From assembly GCA_029262775.1 (NCBI GenBank), contig JAJCYR010000091.1, positions 26,080-90,079 of the forward strand: a DNA stretch of 64,000 nt, read 5' to 3'. The notes below the pieces were generated by a model. That model saw only the letters and a program-made list of their open reading frames with translations. It had not been told where the DNA came from and ran no database searches. Made by a program: the position numbers and the translations under genes. The stretch's first letter is position 1. Each line of letters opens with the position of its first letter. Of the stretch, positions 9,553-19,120 are shown piece by piece. This stretch comes from Bacteroidota bacterium. Lineage in GTDB: Bacteria; Bacteroidota; Rhodothermia; Rhodothermales; UBA10348.

Positions 9553-11061
9553 ATGAAATCCGTTCTCAAGTTCATTTTTGCTGCCATTTTCTTCTTCATC
9601 GGGCTGTACCTGATCATCTTCTTTCCGCTGCCGAGCGTGCTCGTCATTGCATGTACCGTCGTTCTTGTGGGGCTGCACGATGTGACGCAGAAAGAGCATA
9701 CCATCCTTCGGAATTTCCCGGTGATCGGGCACTTCCGGTATCTTTTTGAGGGGATTGCGCCTGAAATCCATCAGTATTTTGTCGAATCTGATCTGGATGG
9801 CAAGCCGCTCAACCGAATCCAGCGGCGATACGTGTATACGCGCGCCAAAAAAGCCGTTAATACGCATCCGTTTGGGACCGAGCACGACCTGCAGCGCGAA
9901 AACATGGAGTGGACGGCGCATTCTGTTTTTCCGAGCCCAGCCCTGGACGAGGCCCCGCGCGTCCGTATTGGGACGGATGCCTGCACGCAGCCCTACGAGG
10001 CGAGCCTGCTGAACATATCGGCCATGAGTTACGGTTCGCTCAGCAAGAACGCCATCATGGCGCTCAACAAGGGGGCGGCCGCTGGCGGATTCTACCATAA
10101 CACGGGTGAGGGCGGCGTGTCCGACTATCATCTCACGGGTGGTGACCTGGTCTACCAGGTTGGTACCGGGTACTTTGGATGCCGCGACCCGGAGGGCAAT
10201 TTTTCGGAGGAGCGCTTCAAAGAGACCGCCGCCGCGCCCGAAGTCAAAATGATAGAAATCAAGCTCTCACAAGGGGCCAAACCGGGGCATGGTGGCATGC
10301 TACCGGCCAAGAAAAACAACGAGGAAATTGCCCGGATCCGCGGCGTCGAGCCTTGGACCCAGGTGCTCTCCCCTCCCGGGCACTCCGCGTTCACGTCCGC
10401 AGAAGGACTCCTTGAGTTTGTGGATCGGGTTCGCACGCTCTCGGGCGGAAAGCCGGTTGGCTTCAAGCTCTGTATTGGACGCGAACAGGAGTTTGTGGAT
10501 ATCTGCGAGGCCATCGTGAAAACCGGCCTGATGCCGGACTTCATTACGATCGACGGCGCGGAGGGTGGCACAGGCGCAGCCCCGGTCATCTTCTCGGACC
10601 ACGTAGGCATGCCGTGGGAGAACGCGCTGGTGTTCGCCGTGAACACACTTCGGCGGTACGCCCTGAAGGACGACATCAAGGTCATCACGGCGGGCAAAAT
10701 CATCGACGGTTTCGACATGTTCAAAGCGCTCTGCCTCGGCGCCGACATCTGCAACTCAGCACGCGGTATGATGCTCGCGCTCGGCTGCATCCAGGCGCTC
10801 GAATGCAATCTGAACACGTGCCCAGCGGGAATTGCCACCAATAATCGAGCAAAAATGCGTGGCTTGGTGGTCGAAGACAAATGGATTCGCGTCAAGAACT
10901 ACCACGACGGCACGCTCGAAGACTTCCTGGATCTCTACCGTGCGGCAGGTTGCACTTCGCTCGCCGATTTGAATCGCTCCCTCATATTCCGCCAGCGCAA
11001 CCACAAGGTCGAGGCGTTTGCTGACCTGTATCCGGAGATGGCCGTGCGCGAAACGATCTGA
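9553..11061 (+). CDS. FMN-binding glutamate synthase family protein (membrane-anchored)
   Basis: NISAMSYGSLS, NTGEGG, EIKLSQGAKPGHGG, CIQALECNLNTCPAG (3Fe-4S-type Cys motif). Confidence 0.92.
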   Translation: MKSVLKFIFAAIFFFIGLYLIIFFPLPSVLVIACTVVLVGLHDVTQKEHTILRNFPVIGHFRYLFEGIAPEIHQYFVESDLDGKPLNRIQRRYVYTRAKKAVNTHPFGTEHDLQRENMEWTAHSVFPSPALDEAPRVRIGTDACTQPYEASLLNISAMSYGSLSKNAIMALNKGAAAGGFYHNTGEGGVSDYHLTGGDLVYQVGTGYFGCRDPEGNFSEERFKETAAAPEVKMIEIKLSQGAKPGHGGMLPAKKNNEEIARIRGVEPWTQVLSPPGHSAFTSAEGLLEFVDRVRTLSGGKPVGFKLCIGREQEFVDICEAIVKTGLMPDFITIDGAEGGTGAAPVIFSDHVGMPWENALVFAVNTLRRYALKDDIKVITAGKIIDGFDMFKALCLGADICNSARGMMLALGCIQALECNLNTCPAGIATNNRAKMRGLVVEDKWIRVKNYHDGTLEDFLDLYRAAGCTSLADLNRSLIFRQRNHKVEAFADLYPEMAVRETI

Positions 11062-11160
11062 GCCGCGTCAGCAGCCTTTCAGGATACACCCGGCTATGGC
11101 CGAGAACAATACAGAAGGCCGCTCATACAACGCGCCTTATCACAACATCACAGCCATTTC

Positions 11161-11664
11161 ATGCGCACTTCTTTACTTCTCCTGCTGGTCGTTCTTCTTG
11201 TCCCGGCGTGTGGTTCTGAATCGGAGCCCGCCGTATCGAGCGAAAACAATGCGGCCGACAACGTTGCGACGACCGAACAATCCGAAGCCAAGGAGACCGG
11301 AAGCGCCCCAGCCCCATCATCAGAACTCATGATTGACGTTATTGCGGAAGGAGAAGGAGAAGCCATTGAGCCCGGCAAGACGGCCGTTGTGCACTACACC
11401 GGATGGCTCTACGATACATCGGCCCCGGAGAATCGCGGCACGAAGTTCGACAGTTCACGCGATCGCGGACAGACCTTTTCCTTTCCACTCGGCGCAGGAC
11501 GCGTCATTACCGGCTGGGACGAAGGCGTGAAGGGTATGAAAGTTGGTGAGCGCCGCATTCTGACGCTCCCGCCTGAGATGGGTTATGGTGCACGCGGCAC
11601 AGGCGGCGTTATTCCGCCGAACGCCACACTCATTTTTGACGTCGAGCTGCTCGGAATCGAGTAG
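11161..11664 (+). CDS. FKBP-type peptidyl-prolyl cis-trans isomerase lipoprotein
   Basis: Lipobox VPAC; VHYTGWL...KFDSS...VITGWDEG...GYGARG...IPPNATLIFDVEL. Confidence 0.95.
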   Translation: MRTSLLLLLVVLLVPACGSESEPAVSSENNAADNVATTEQSEAKETGSAPAPSSELMIDVIAEGEGEAIEPGKTAVVHYTGWLYDTSAPENRGTKFDSSRDRGQTFSFPLGAGRVITGWDEGVKGMKVGERRILTLPPEMGYGARGTGGVIPPNATLIFDVELLGIE

Positions 11665-11716
11665 CCACCGGCGCCATCAAGTAGCGATCGGCGCCATCAA
11701 ATAGCCACCGGCGCCC
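11661..11716. repeat. 20-bp tandem repeat (~2.8 copies) between convergent genes
   Basis: gtagccaccggcgccatcaa / gtagcgatcggcgccatcaa / atagccaccggcgccc. Confidence 0.75.
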
Positions 11717-11718
11717 GC

Positions 11719-12330
11719 TCAGTCGCCCCGGGCCGGCGGGCTCTCGTCCCACAGAAACGCCCCCGCAAAATCATCGGGCACGGATTTTTTCTTGCCGGAC
11801 CACTCGTCGATATCAATCCGGTAAACGGTTGTTCGCGCTATTTCCTGTTCCGTGATGGGACGATAGTCCCTGCCCGGGGTGAGGTGCGCCATGTATTTGT
11901 CGAGCACGAGTTGCAACGCGACCCGCGCTTCGTCCTCGTTGTCCACAATGCGGGCTCGCCCGAAGACCGTCACGCCGGCATACTCTACGCTCATTTCGAG
12001 CGCGGTGTCGGCGGGCAGCAGGCGGCCCATTTCATGGACCGAGAAGCAGACCGGTGCTCCACTGGCCGTGGGGGCGTCACTTGGGCCGTTACCCCCCGCG
12101 CCGCCCTGCTCAATATTGGTTCGCGTGCGCCCAATATGCGCCGTATGCATGAAAATGCAGTGGCTCTCTGGTACGTACACGAAGATGTTGCTGTTCAAAA
12201 ACGGCTGCCCGTCATGCACCGTCGCCAGCGTGCCGACAGGCGCGTTGGCCAGGAAATCCCTGATCCCGTCTGGACTGTCCATACTCCTGTCGCTGCGACG
12301 CATGTCTGTCAATTTCAGGGCTTTGCCCAT
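11719..12330 (-). CDS. Pyridoxamine 5'-phosphate oxidase-like (NimA-type) flavin-binding protein
   Basis: MRRSDR...VGTLATV..GQPF...HTAHIGR...SVEYAGVTVFG...WSGKKK; start assumed at ATG 12330. Confidence 0.8.
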   Translation of the reverse strand: MGKALKLTDMRRSDRSMDSPDGIRDFLANAPVGTLATVHDGQPFLNSNIFVYVPESHCIFMHTAHIGRTRTNIEQGGAGGNGPSDAPTASGAPVCFSVHEMGRLLPADTALEMSVEYAGVTVFGRARIVDNEDEARVALQLVLDKYMAHLTPGRDYRPITEQEIARTTVYRIDIDEWSGKKKSVPDDFAGAFLWDESPPARGD

Positions 12331-12415
12331 TTTTCCAAATGAAAAGTGATATACTGGAATTTCGTGATCCCTGTTCACGTTTACCACCACACTGTTCACT
12401 TCTCCCAGAAAAGCC

Positions 12416-13741
12416 ATGAAAACATGCCACCGCGTTTTCGGCTACGCCCTGGCGGGCCTTGTCCTGCTTTCTTCGAGCGCGACCGCTCAGAATCACACGG
12501 TAATTGACGCCGGCCACCTCCTCGACGTCGTGAACGGCCGCATTCTCGACAACCAGCAGATTCTTGTCACGGACGGCCATATTGCCGAGGTTGGCCCGCG
12601 CGTGACCACACCTCAGGGTGCGCATCGCATTGACCTGTCGGGCAGCTACGTCATGCCCGGCCTGATCGATGCTCACACTCACCTTGCCCTGCAGGAAATG
12701 GACGGATCCGACATCAACGACCACGGATCCTATTACTACGCCAGCCTGATAGAGGACACATCCATGCGCGTGGCCCAGGGCACCATGCTGGCCCGTGCCA
12801 TGCTTGAAGCGGGGTTCGTATGGGTCCGCGACACCGGTAACAACGGGCTCTATGGAGACGTCACGCTGCGCCGCGCCATCGAGGGCGGATGGATTCCCGG
12901 TCCCAACATGGTAACGGCCGGTCGCATGATTGCGCCCTTTGGCGGCCAGTTCCAGATGAACCCGGAGAAACCCGCGCTCGGCGAACCGGAGTACTTCTAC
13001 GCCGATTCGCATGAGGAAATTATCCGCGCTGTCCGCGAAAATGTGCACTACGGCGCCACGTTCGTGAAACTCATCATTGACAACCAGCCCTACATCTATT
13101 CCGAGGAGGACGTCCGCGTGGCTGTTGAAGAAGCCCACGACATGGGCGTCAAGGTCATGGCGCATGCCACGAGCGACGAAGGCATTCGGAACGCCGTACT
13201 CGGCGGCGTAGATTCCATAGAGCACGGTTTTGATCCGTCCGATGCGACGCTCCAGCTCATGGCCGACCGCGGCACGTATCTGGTAGGCACGGACTTCCCC
13301 GCCTCGCGTCTCGGCGAGACGCGCTACTGGTCAAACGTTGAGCGCAACAAGCGCGCCTACGCCACCGGCGTTCCCATGGCCTTCGGGTCGGACGTCGTGT
13401 ACTACGAGGAGGGTAAGACCCGGGGTGAGCAGACGATTGGATTCCTGTTCAGCTATGTGGATGCCGAGCTTCCGAACGCGCACATCCTGCGCATGGCAAC
13501 GATGCATGCCGCCGACCTGCTCGGCGCCAACTCGGGCCGCATTGAAGCGGGCCGGAATGCCGATATCGTCGCCATGCCGGCAAACCCACTGGACGACATC
13601 TCGGCGCTGTACGGGGTGTCGTTCGTCATGAAGGACGGGCGCGTGTACAAGGAAGGCGGCCAGTTCCGGTGGGACATTCCGACAAAACTCAACAACCCCC
13701 GCCGTAAGCAGCCCCGGGGAAACATGCTGAAGCAACATTGA
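12416..13741 (+). CDS. Secreted amidohydrolase family protein (Xaa-Pro dipeptidase-like)
   Basis: Signal peptide; PGLIDAHTH, FVKL, MAHA, SIEHG, FGSD metal ligands. Confidence 0.9.
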   Translation: MKTCHRVFGYALAGLVLLSSSATAQNHTVIDAGHLLDVVNGRILDNQQILVTDGHIAEVGPRVTTPQGAHRIDLSGSYVMPGLIDAHTHLALQEMDGSDINDHGSYYYASLIEDTSMRVAQGTMLARAMLEAGFVWVRDTGNNGLYGDVTLRRAIEGGWIPGPNMVTAGRMIAPFGGQFQMNPEKPALGEPEYFYADSHEEIIRAVRENVHYGATFVKLIIDNQPYIYSEEDVRVAVEEAHDMGVKVMAHATSDEGIRNAVLGGVDSIEHGFDPSDATLQLMADRGTYLVGTDFPASRLGETRYWSNVERNKRAYATGVPMAFGSDVVYYEEGKTRGEQTIGFLFSYVDAELPNAHILRMATMHAADLLGANSGRIEAGRNADIVAMPANPLDDISALYGVSFVMKDGRVYKEGGQFRWDIPTKLNNPRRKQPRGNMLKQH

Positions 13742-13769
13742 ACCACCCATGGAATACGGAGGTAACGCC

Positions 13770-14195
13770 ATGACCATCAAACTCATTCTCAACCAAAAAG
13801 GACGCGACGTCTGGTCGGTAGCGCCCGATGCATCGGTCTATTCAGCCATTGAAATCATGGCCGAAAAGGGTGTCGGAGCCCTCGTCGTTACGGACGGCAA
13901 CCAGCTCGTTGGAATCATTTCCGAGCGGGATTACGCCCGGAAGGTGATTCTGAGGGGAAAGGCATCGAAAGATACCCTTGTTTCCGACGTCATGACCCGA
14001 GACGTCATTACAGCGACGGACTCCGTCACCATCGACGAAGCCATGTCGCTCATGACCGATCGGCGCATTCGCCACCTTCCCGTTGTGGAAGACGGAGCGG
14101 TCACCGGCGTGGTCTCGGTGGGCGATCTGGTCAAATTCAAACTGAAGGACCAGGAAAACCTGATTGAGCATCTGGAGAATTACATCACGCGGTGA
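13770..14195 (+). CDS. CBS domain-containing protein
   Basis: Tandem CBS: LVGIISERDYARK...MT...RIRHLPVV...GVVSVGDLVK. Confidence 0.92.
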   Translation: MTIKLILNQKGRDVWSVAPDASVYSAIEIMAEKGVGALVVTDGNQLVGIISERDYARKVILRGKASKDTLVSDVMTRDVITATDSVTIDEAMSLMTDRRIRHLPVVEDGAVTGVVSVGDLVKFKLKDQENLIEHLENYITR

Positions 14196-14231
14196 CGTGG
14201 TGTAATATACCGATGTATTTATATTTGGCGA

Positions 14232-14880
14232 ATGCCCCGCTCCTCCCCAACCCATCCGCAAGCCTGGCGCCAGCTGCAACTTCGCAAATGGCTCCTCGAC
14301 GGCCGCCGCTTCAACGCGACCCAGGCCGCCGAGGAACTCGAGGTCAGTCGCCGGACCATCATGAAGGACCTGGAGCACATGCGCGCGTTCGGTCATGCCA
14401 TCGAGTACAACACGGCAGCACGAAGTTGCGAATCACTGAGGAGTCCGGAGAGCTTCCGCTCGCGCAGATCCGCCGCTCGGAGCTGGCAGCCATCGAATTG
14501 GCGCAGGACGTGCTTGAGCAGTTCGGGGCTGCTCCCCCTCCCTGTCCATCCTTCGGGGACCTGCTCCGGATGAGCCCCTGCCATGGCTCGAGGAGTTCTC
14601 CACGTACATTGCCGAGACGCGTACCGTTCGCATGCGCTACTACACCATGTACCGGATCCGCGAGGTTGAACCCACGGAATCCTTTTTCGACACGGCGGAA
14701 GCCTTCGATCTTGAACAGTTTCTCGGATCCATGTTCGGCATGTTCCGCGATCGCGAACCCTTCACGGTCAAAGTCCGCTTCAGCCCCTGGGTAGCCCGGT
14801 GGATCAAGGAGGACCGCTGGCATGACAGCCAGATCATGACCGACCTGTACGACCCAAAGCAACCCAGCCTGACGACATGA
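14232..14880 (+). pseudogene. Degraded HTH_11-WYL (YafY/PafBC-like) transcriptional regulator
   Basis: HTH AAEELEVSRRTIMKDLEHMR, then frameshifted pieces; WYL core appears deleted (MRYYTMY joined to RIREVE); WCX-like VRFSPWVARWIKEDRWHDSQ truncated. Confidence 0.7.
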
Positions 14881-15434
14881 ATACAGCCCAACAGATTCCC
14901 ATCAAGGCCACGTTCGATCCTAAACTGCGGCTGTATCTGTACGTGATCAGCCTCGTCACCCTCGTGGTAACAATTGTCGGCATCGTCCTCGTACCGTTCT
15001 GGATATTCATTGGCTGGTGGTGGTCCCGGCGGTCGTTTGAAGCACTCCGTTGCGAACTGGACGGTAAACGACTGCATATCCACCGGGGCGTGGTTTTCCA
15101 GAAGGACATGACAATCATGCTCGACAAAATCCAGGATATCAGCCTCTCTCATGGCCCCCTCCTGCGAAAATTCGGACTCATGACCATGCAGATCGAAACG
15201 GCAGGCCAAAGCGGCCCCGAAGGCCAGTCCGACGCCAAGCTCACCGGTATTGTCGACATCCACGCGTTCCAGGCCGCCATCATCGCGCAGCGGGACCGAC
15301 TGACCGAACGCCATGCCTCCGATCCCACCCTGGCTCCGGCGGAAGTTATGGATCGAAATGAATCGATCGCCCTACTGACGGAGATTCGCGATGCACTGCA
15401 TCGCCTGGAATCCCTGGCCCAATCCGATCACTAA
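14877..15434 (+). CDS. Membrane protein with bacterial PH (bPH_2) domain
   Basis: Two TM helices, then RGVVFQ...LDKIQDISL.HGPLLRKFGL...IETAG. Confidence 0.85.
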   Translation: MNTAQQIPIKATFDPKLRLYLYVISLVTLVVTIVGIVLVPFWIFIGWWWSRRSFEALRCELDGKRLHIHRGVVFQKDMTIMLDKIQDISLSHGPLLRKFGLMTMQIETAGQSGPEGQSDAKLTGIVDIHAFQAAIIAQRDRLTERHASDPTLAPAEVMDRNESIALLTEIRDALHRLESLAQSDH

Positions 15435-15447
15435 ACCTGTTATATCC

Positions 15448-16320
15448 ATGAATTACCTTCGCCGAATTCCCGTCCTGCTCCTTGTTTTTGCCATCTTCTC
15501 TGGCTGCGGAGATCCGGAAAACGATGCGGCGGGTCATGCCGATGCTCCCGCCGACGCCTCCATGACTGACGCCGTCACGGCTGCCCTTGCCGAACTTCCA
15601 GCGGCCATCATAGGAGAAGGCGGGCCGCTTCAGGGCAACAGTATAAACTATTTTCCGGTCGATGCTGCGACCACCGGCTACCTGGCCGTGCCCGACGGCG
15701 AGGGACCGTTTCCGGCGCTTGTCATCATTCATGAGTGGAACGGGCTCACGGACCGCGTGCGCCAGGTCGCCGACGATTTTGCCGCCGAAGGATACGTGAC
15801 ACTGGCGGCCGACCTCTATCAGGGTCGCACCGGTACGAACCGCGACGAGAATATTGCCCTCATGACGGAAGCCAACGAGAACATGCCGGTCGTGATTGAG
15901 AACCTGAACGCCGCGGTGGCCTTTCTGAAGCAGCGCAGCGACGTCACGGGCCGCATCGGCGCCATGGGATGGTGCTTTGGAGGTGGTATTGCGCTTTCAT
16001 TCGGACTCGACGGCGACAATCACGATGCGACCGCCATCTTCTACGGCCGCCTGATCGATGACCCCGAGGCGCTCGCGCACGTAGACCACGAAATCTATGG
16101 CACCTTTGCGCGGCTCGACCGCGGACCAGCCCCCGAGGCTGTGGAAGCCTTCGAAGTCGCCCTCGACGCCGCAGGCCTCGAGCACGATCTGCACATCTAT
16201 GACGATGTGAACCACGGATTCTGGCTGCGCGTCGACGAAGAACCCGACGTCCGGGCCGTACCCGCCGCCGACGCATGGAATCGTCTCAAGGACTACCTGG
16301 GGAGGACGCTCGGGGATTGA
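15448..16320 (+). CDS. Dienelactone hydrolase family lipoprotein
   Basis: Lipobox IFSGC; IHEWNGL, GWCFGG nucleophile, HGF. Confidence 0.9.
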   Translation: MNYLRRIPVLLLVFAIFSGCGDPENDAAGHADAPADASMTDAVTAALAELPAAIIGEGGPLQGNSINYFPVDAATTGYLAVPDGEGPFPALVIIHEWNGLTDRVRQVADDFAAEGYVTLAADLYQGRTGTNRDENIALMTEANENMPVVIENLNAAVAFLKQRSDVTGRIGAMGWCFGGGIALSFGLDGDNHDATAIFYGRLIDDPEALAHVDHEIYGTFARLDRGPAPEAVEAFEVALDAAGLEHDLHIYDDVNHGFWLRVDEEPDVRAVPAADAWNRLKDYLGRTLGD

Positions 16321-16419
16321 GGACACGTGGCCAGTAGCACCGGCCAAGCCTAACCCTTGATCGAAGCCTGCCCCGGAGACATCGGCGACACGCCCGAGAC
16401 TACATGTACGAATAGTCAC

Positions 16420-18078
16420 ATGTCATCGATTGTACCCAAATTCTTTTCCCTCCTTCGCGAGCCTTACACGCGGAAAATGGCGTCGCGGGACATCTCCGCT
16501 GGCCTCGTAGTAGGGATTGTGGCGCTCCCGCTGGCCATTGCGTTCGCAATTGCGTCCGGCGTGCGGCCCGAACAGGGCCTGTATACCGCCATTATCGCTG
16601 GATTCCTGATTTCAGCACTGGGTGGAAGCCGCTTTCAGATTGGCGGTCCAACGGGGGCTTTCATTGTATTGACCTACGCCATCGTCCAGGAGTTTGGATA
16701 CGATGGGCTGGCGGTCACGACGCTGATGGCTGGCCTGATGCTCGTTGTTTTTGGCATAGCCAGGCTGGGTACGCTCATCCGGTACGTGCCCTACCCCGTG
16801 ACCGTTGGGTTCACATCGGGAATTGCCATTGTCATCGCGTCGGGGCAAGTCAAGGACGGCCTCGGGCTGACCATGGATACGGTACCGGTTCATTTTGTAT
16901 CGAAGTGGCTCGCGTATGCCGATGTATTGACCACGGTCAATTTTTGGAGCGTTTTTCTGACGGCTGCGACGGTGCTGATCCTCGTTTTCCTTCCACGACA
17001 TCTCAAGCGCATCCCCGCTTCGCTCGTCGCACTCCTTTTGGCTTCGGTCGTCGTATCGGTCTTCAACCTTCCCGTGCCCACGATTGGATCGGAACTGGGC
17101 GATGTCCCATCCTCCCTGCCATCGTTCCGCCTACCGGTGGTCGATTGGGCGATCATGCCAGACCTTGTCTCGGCAGCGGTATCGGTCGCTCTACTCATTG
17201 CCATCGAAAGCCTGCTTTCGGCCGTTGTTGCCGATGGTATGACGGGGCGTCAGCATCGATCCAATGCCGAACTCATTGGCCAGGGCGTGGCCAATATGGT
17301 CGCGCCATTGTTCGGTGGCATTCCTGCCACGGGCGCCATTGCACGCACGGCCACCAACATAAAGAATGGCGCCGCCAGCCCCGTTGCTGGCATGGTACAT
17401 GCGGCAACGCTCACCGTCGTCCTCCTCGTAGCCGGAAAATGGGCCGCGCTCATTCCCATGCCAGTACTCGCGGGTATTCTACTGGTTGTCTCCTGGAATA
17501 TGTCTGAAGCACACCTTTTTGGGCGCATTCTGCGCAGCACACGGAGCGATGCCCTGGTACTTCTCGTGACGTTTCTGCTGACGGTCTTCGTTGACCTGAC
17601 CATCGCTATCCAGGTGGGCGTCGTTCTGGCTGCCTTTTTATTCATGAAGCGCATGTCCGATGTCGCTCAGATCCGGATGATGACGTCGGAAGAAGACGAT
17701 CTGCTGCCTTCTGAAGCGGAGCGTCTGGCGCATCTGCCACCCGGCGTGGAGGTGTATGAAGTCAACGGGCCGTTCTTCTTCGGCGCCGCACATAAATTCG
17801 CGACCGCGCTCTCGGCCATGCAGCGCCGGCCCGATGTACTGGTCATTCGGATGCGCAACGTCCTCGCGCTCGACGCCACCGGTCTTCGGGTGTTAGAGGA
17901 ATTCCTCTGCGAGGCGGACAAGCACGGACCGGCCATTGTCCTCTCGGGGCTGCACGCTCAACCGCTTGTACTGCTGGAGCGGGCTGGTTTCATGGACCGA
18001 ATTGGCCGTGACAACGTGATCGGATCATTCGACGATGCACTGGAGCGCGCACGCATTCTCTGTGAGAACAACCGGTAG
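16420..18078 (+). CDS. SulP family inorganic anion transporter with STAS domain
   Basis: ALPLAIAFAIASG, GGPTGAF, IPATGAIARTATN, C-terminal STAS (GPFFFGAA...LDATG). Confidence 0.95.
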   Translation: MSSIVPKFFSLLREPYTRKMASRDISAGLVVGIVALPLAIAFAIASGVRPEQGLYTAIIAGFLISALGGSRFQIGGPTGAFIVLTYAIVQEFGYDGLAVTTLMAGLMLVVFGIARLGTLIRYVPYPVTVGFTSGIAIVIASGQVKDGLGLTMDTVPVHFVSKWLAYADVLTTVNFWSVFLTAATVLILVFLPRHLKRIPASLVALLLASVVVSVFNLPVPTIGSELGDVPSSLPSFRLPVVDWAIMPDLVSAAVSVALLIAIESLLSAVVADGMTGRQHRSNAELIGQGVANMVAPLFGGIPATGAIARTATNIKNGAASPVAGMVHAATLTVVLLVAGKWAALIPMPVLAGILLVVSWNMSEAHLFGRILRSTRSDALVLLVTFLLTVFVDLTIAIQVGVVLAAFLFMKRMSDVAQIRMMTSEEDDLLPSEAERLAHLPPGVEVYEVNGPFFFGAAHKFATALSAMQRRPDVLVIRMRNVLALDATGLRVLEEFLCEADKHGPAIVLSGLHAQPLVLLERAGFMDRIGRDNVIGSFDDALERARILCENNR

Positions 18079-18113
18079 AACGCTGGTGAACGCTGGTGAA
18101 CGCTGGTGAACGC
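18078..18113. repeat. 10-bp tandem repeat (GAACGCTGGT x~3.5)
   Basis: Directly visible between convergent genes. Confidence 0.85.
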
Positions 18114-18130
18114 ATGGAACGCAGTGCCGC

Positions 18131-19042
18131 TCATCTGTACAGCAACTCTGCCATACCCTCTTCGATTTCCGATGCCACCCAGCGCAAAAAGGCAGGGTGC
18201 GGTGCAAATCCTGCGCCGAGTCGGTAGTTCAGCCCGTCCAGATAGTCATTCTCCGGTCCCTGCATAATGGTCCGGACCGGAATAACGAGCGCTACGCCGC
18301 CGTCGACGCCCGCCTCCTCCACCATTTCACGGATAGCGGCCACCGCTGCGTCCCGCTTGTCAGGCCAGTCCTCGCGCCACGTACCTACCCGGATGTCCCG
18401 AAAGGGCAGGCCCGGCTTGCTGCGGATGTAGTCGGCAATCGATTCCAGGTTGTGCTTCCAGTGCATGTCTTCCTCGTCTTGACCAGCGCCGTGCCCGAGG
18501 AGAATAACGGTTTCCCGTTCCGGATTCCTGCTCAACTCCCGAGCCCTGTCCGCCATCGCTTCAGCCAGCAATGGATGCGCTTCCATTCCACCCGTCGTCA
18601 CTACCCGAAGTGGCGTCTCTATGCGCCGCATGGTGTGCATTCCCCTGGGCATGGGGGCAGAGTCGTCGTAGTCCGACAACCCAAGCATGTACTCTGTCGC
18701 CGTACGAAAACTGTTTTCCAAGGAAAATATTCGGACCACCACGGCCCCGCGCATGCCTTGCGCTTCCAATTTACGAAGCGCCGCCTCCACAATGTCCGGG
18801 TTGGCCATGCCGAACGCGTTGACCGTCACATAGTGATCTGAAAGTGGCAGGAGGGCCTGCCGCATGGTGGCATTCCATAGGCTGTCGGCACCATGCGGCA
18901 TAAAAACGACGCCGATTTCGCTTCGCGACAAATTTGTTTCGTGCGACGCTTGCGCCGTGGCAGACCCGAGCCCCACTCCCGTCATGAGAGCGGCTATCAG
19001 CAAAAACTGTGAGAGGAATGTGTCAAGGCGGATCATGTTCAC
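18131..19042 (-). CDS. Secreted CbiX/SirB-like chelatase-fold protein
   Basis: Signal peptide (...ATAQA); duplicated His motifs VFMPHGA and ILLGHGAG; HPLLAEAMADRA. Confidence 0.7.
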   Translation of the reverse strand: MNMIRLDTFLSQFLLIAALMTGVGLGSATAQASHETNLSRSEIGVVFMPHGADSLWNATMRQALLPLSDHYVTVNAFGMANPDIVEAALRKLEAQGMRGAVVVRIFSLENSFRTATEYMLGLSDYDDSAPMPRGMHTMRRIETPLRVVTTGGMEAHPLLAEAMADRARELSRNPERETVILLGHGAGQDEEDMHWKHNLESIADYIRSKPGLPFRDIRVGTWREDWPDKRDAAVAAIREMVEEAGVDGGVALVIPVRTIMQGPENDYLDGLNYRLGAGFAPHPAFLRWVASEIEEGMAELLYR

Positions 19043-19060
19043 AGGCAGGGGTTGGTTCTT

Positions 19061-19079
19061 ATTTAGAATCGTTCTAAAT
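19061..19079. promoter_or_regulatory. 19-bp palindromic operator, Fur-family-like box
   Basis: ATTTAGAA-TCG-TTCTAAAT in the 78-bp divergent gap between the chelatase-like and iron permease genes. Confidence 0.65.
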
Positions 19080-19120
19080 TAGGAGCCAAACTATTCCAAT
19101 GTCAACTCTGCCCGCATGGC

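Noticed and set aside
9369-9704. N-terminal extension of the 209-aa ORF 9075..9704
   Set aside because: Overlaps the operator and the divergent glutamate synthase-like gene; the RHH domain starts at 9368
11661-18113. Short repeats as CRISPR arrays
   Set aside because: Head-to-tail tandem repeats without unique spacers; no cas genes
18131-19042. Cobalamin or siroheme biosynthesis locus
   Set aside because: Single exported chelatase-like gene with no cbi/cob/cysG neighbours
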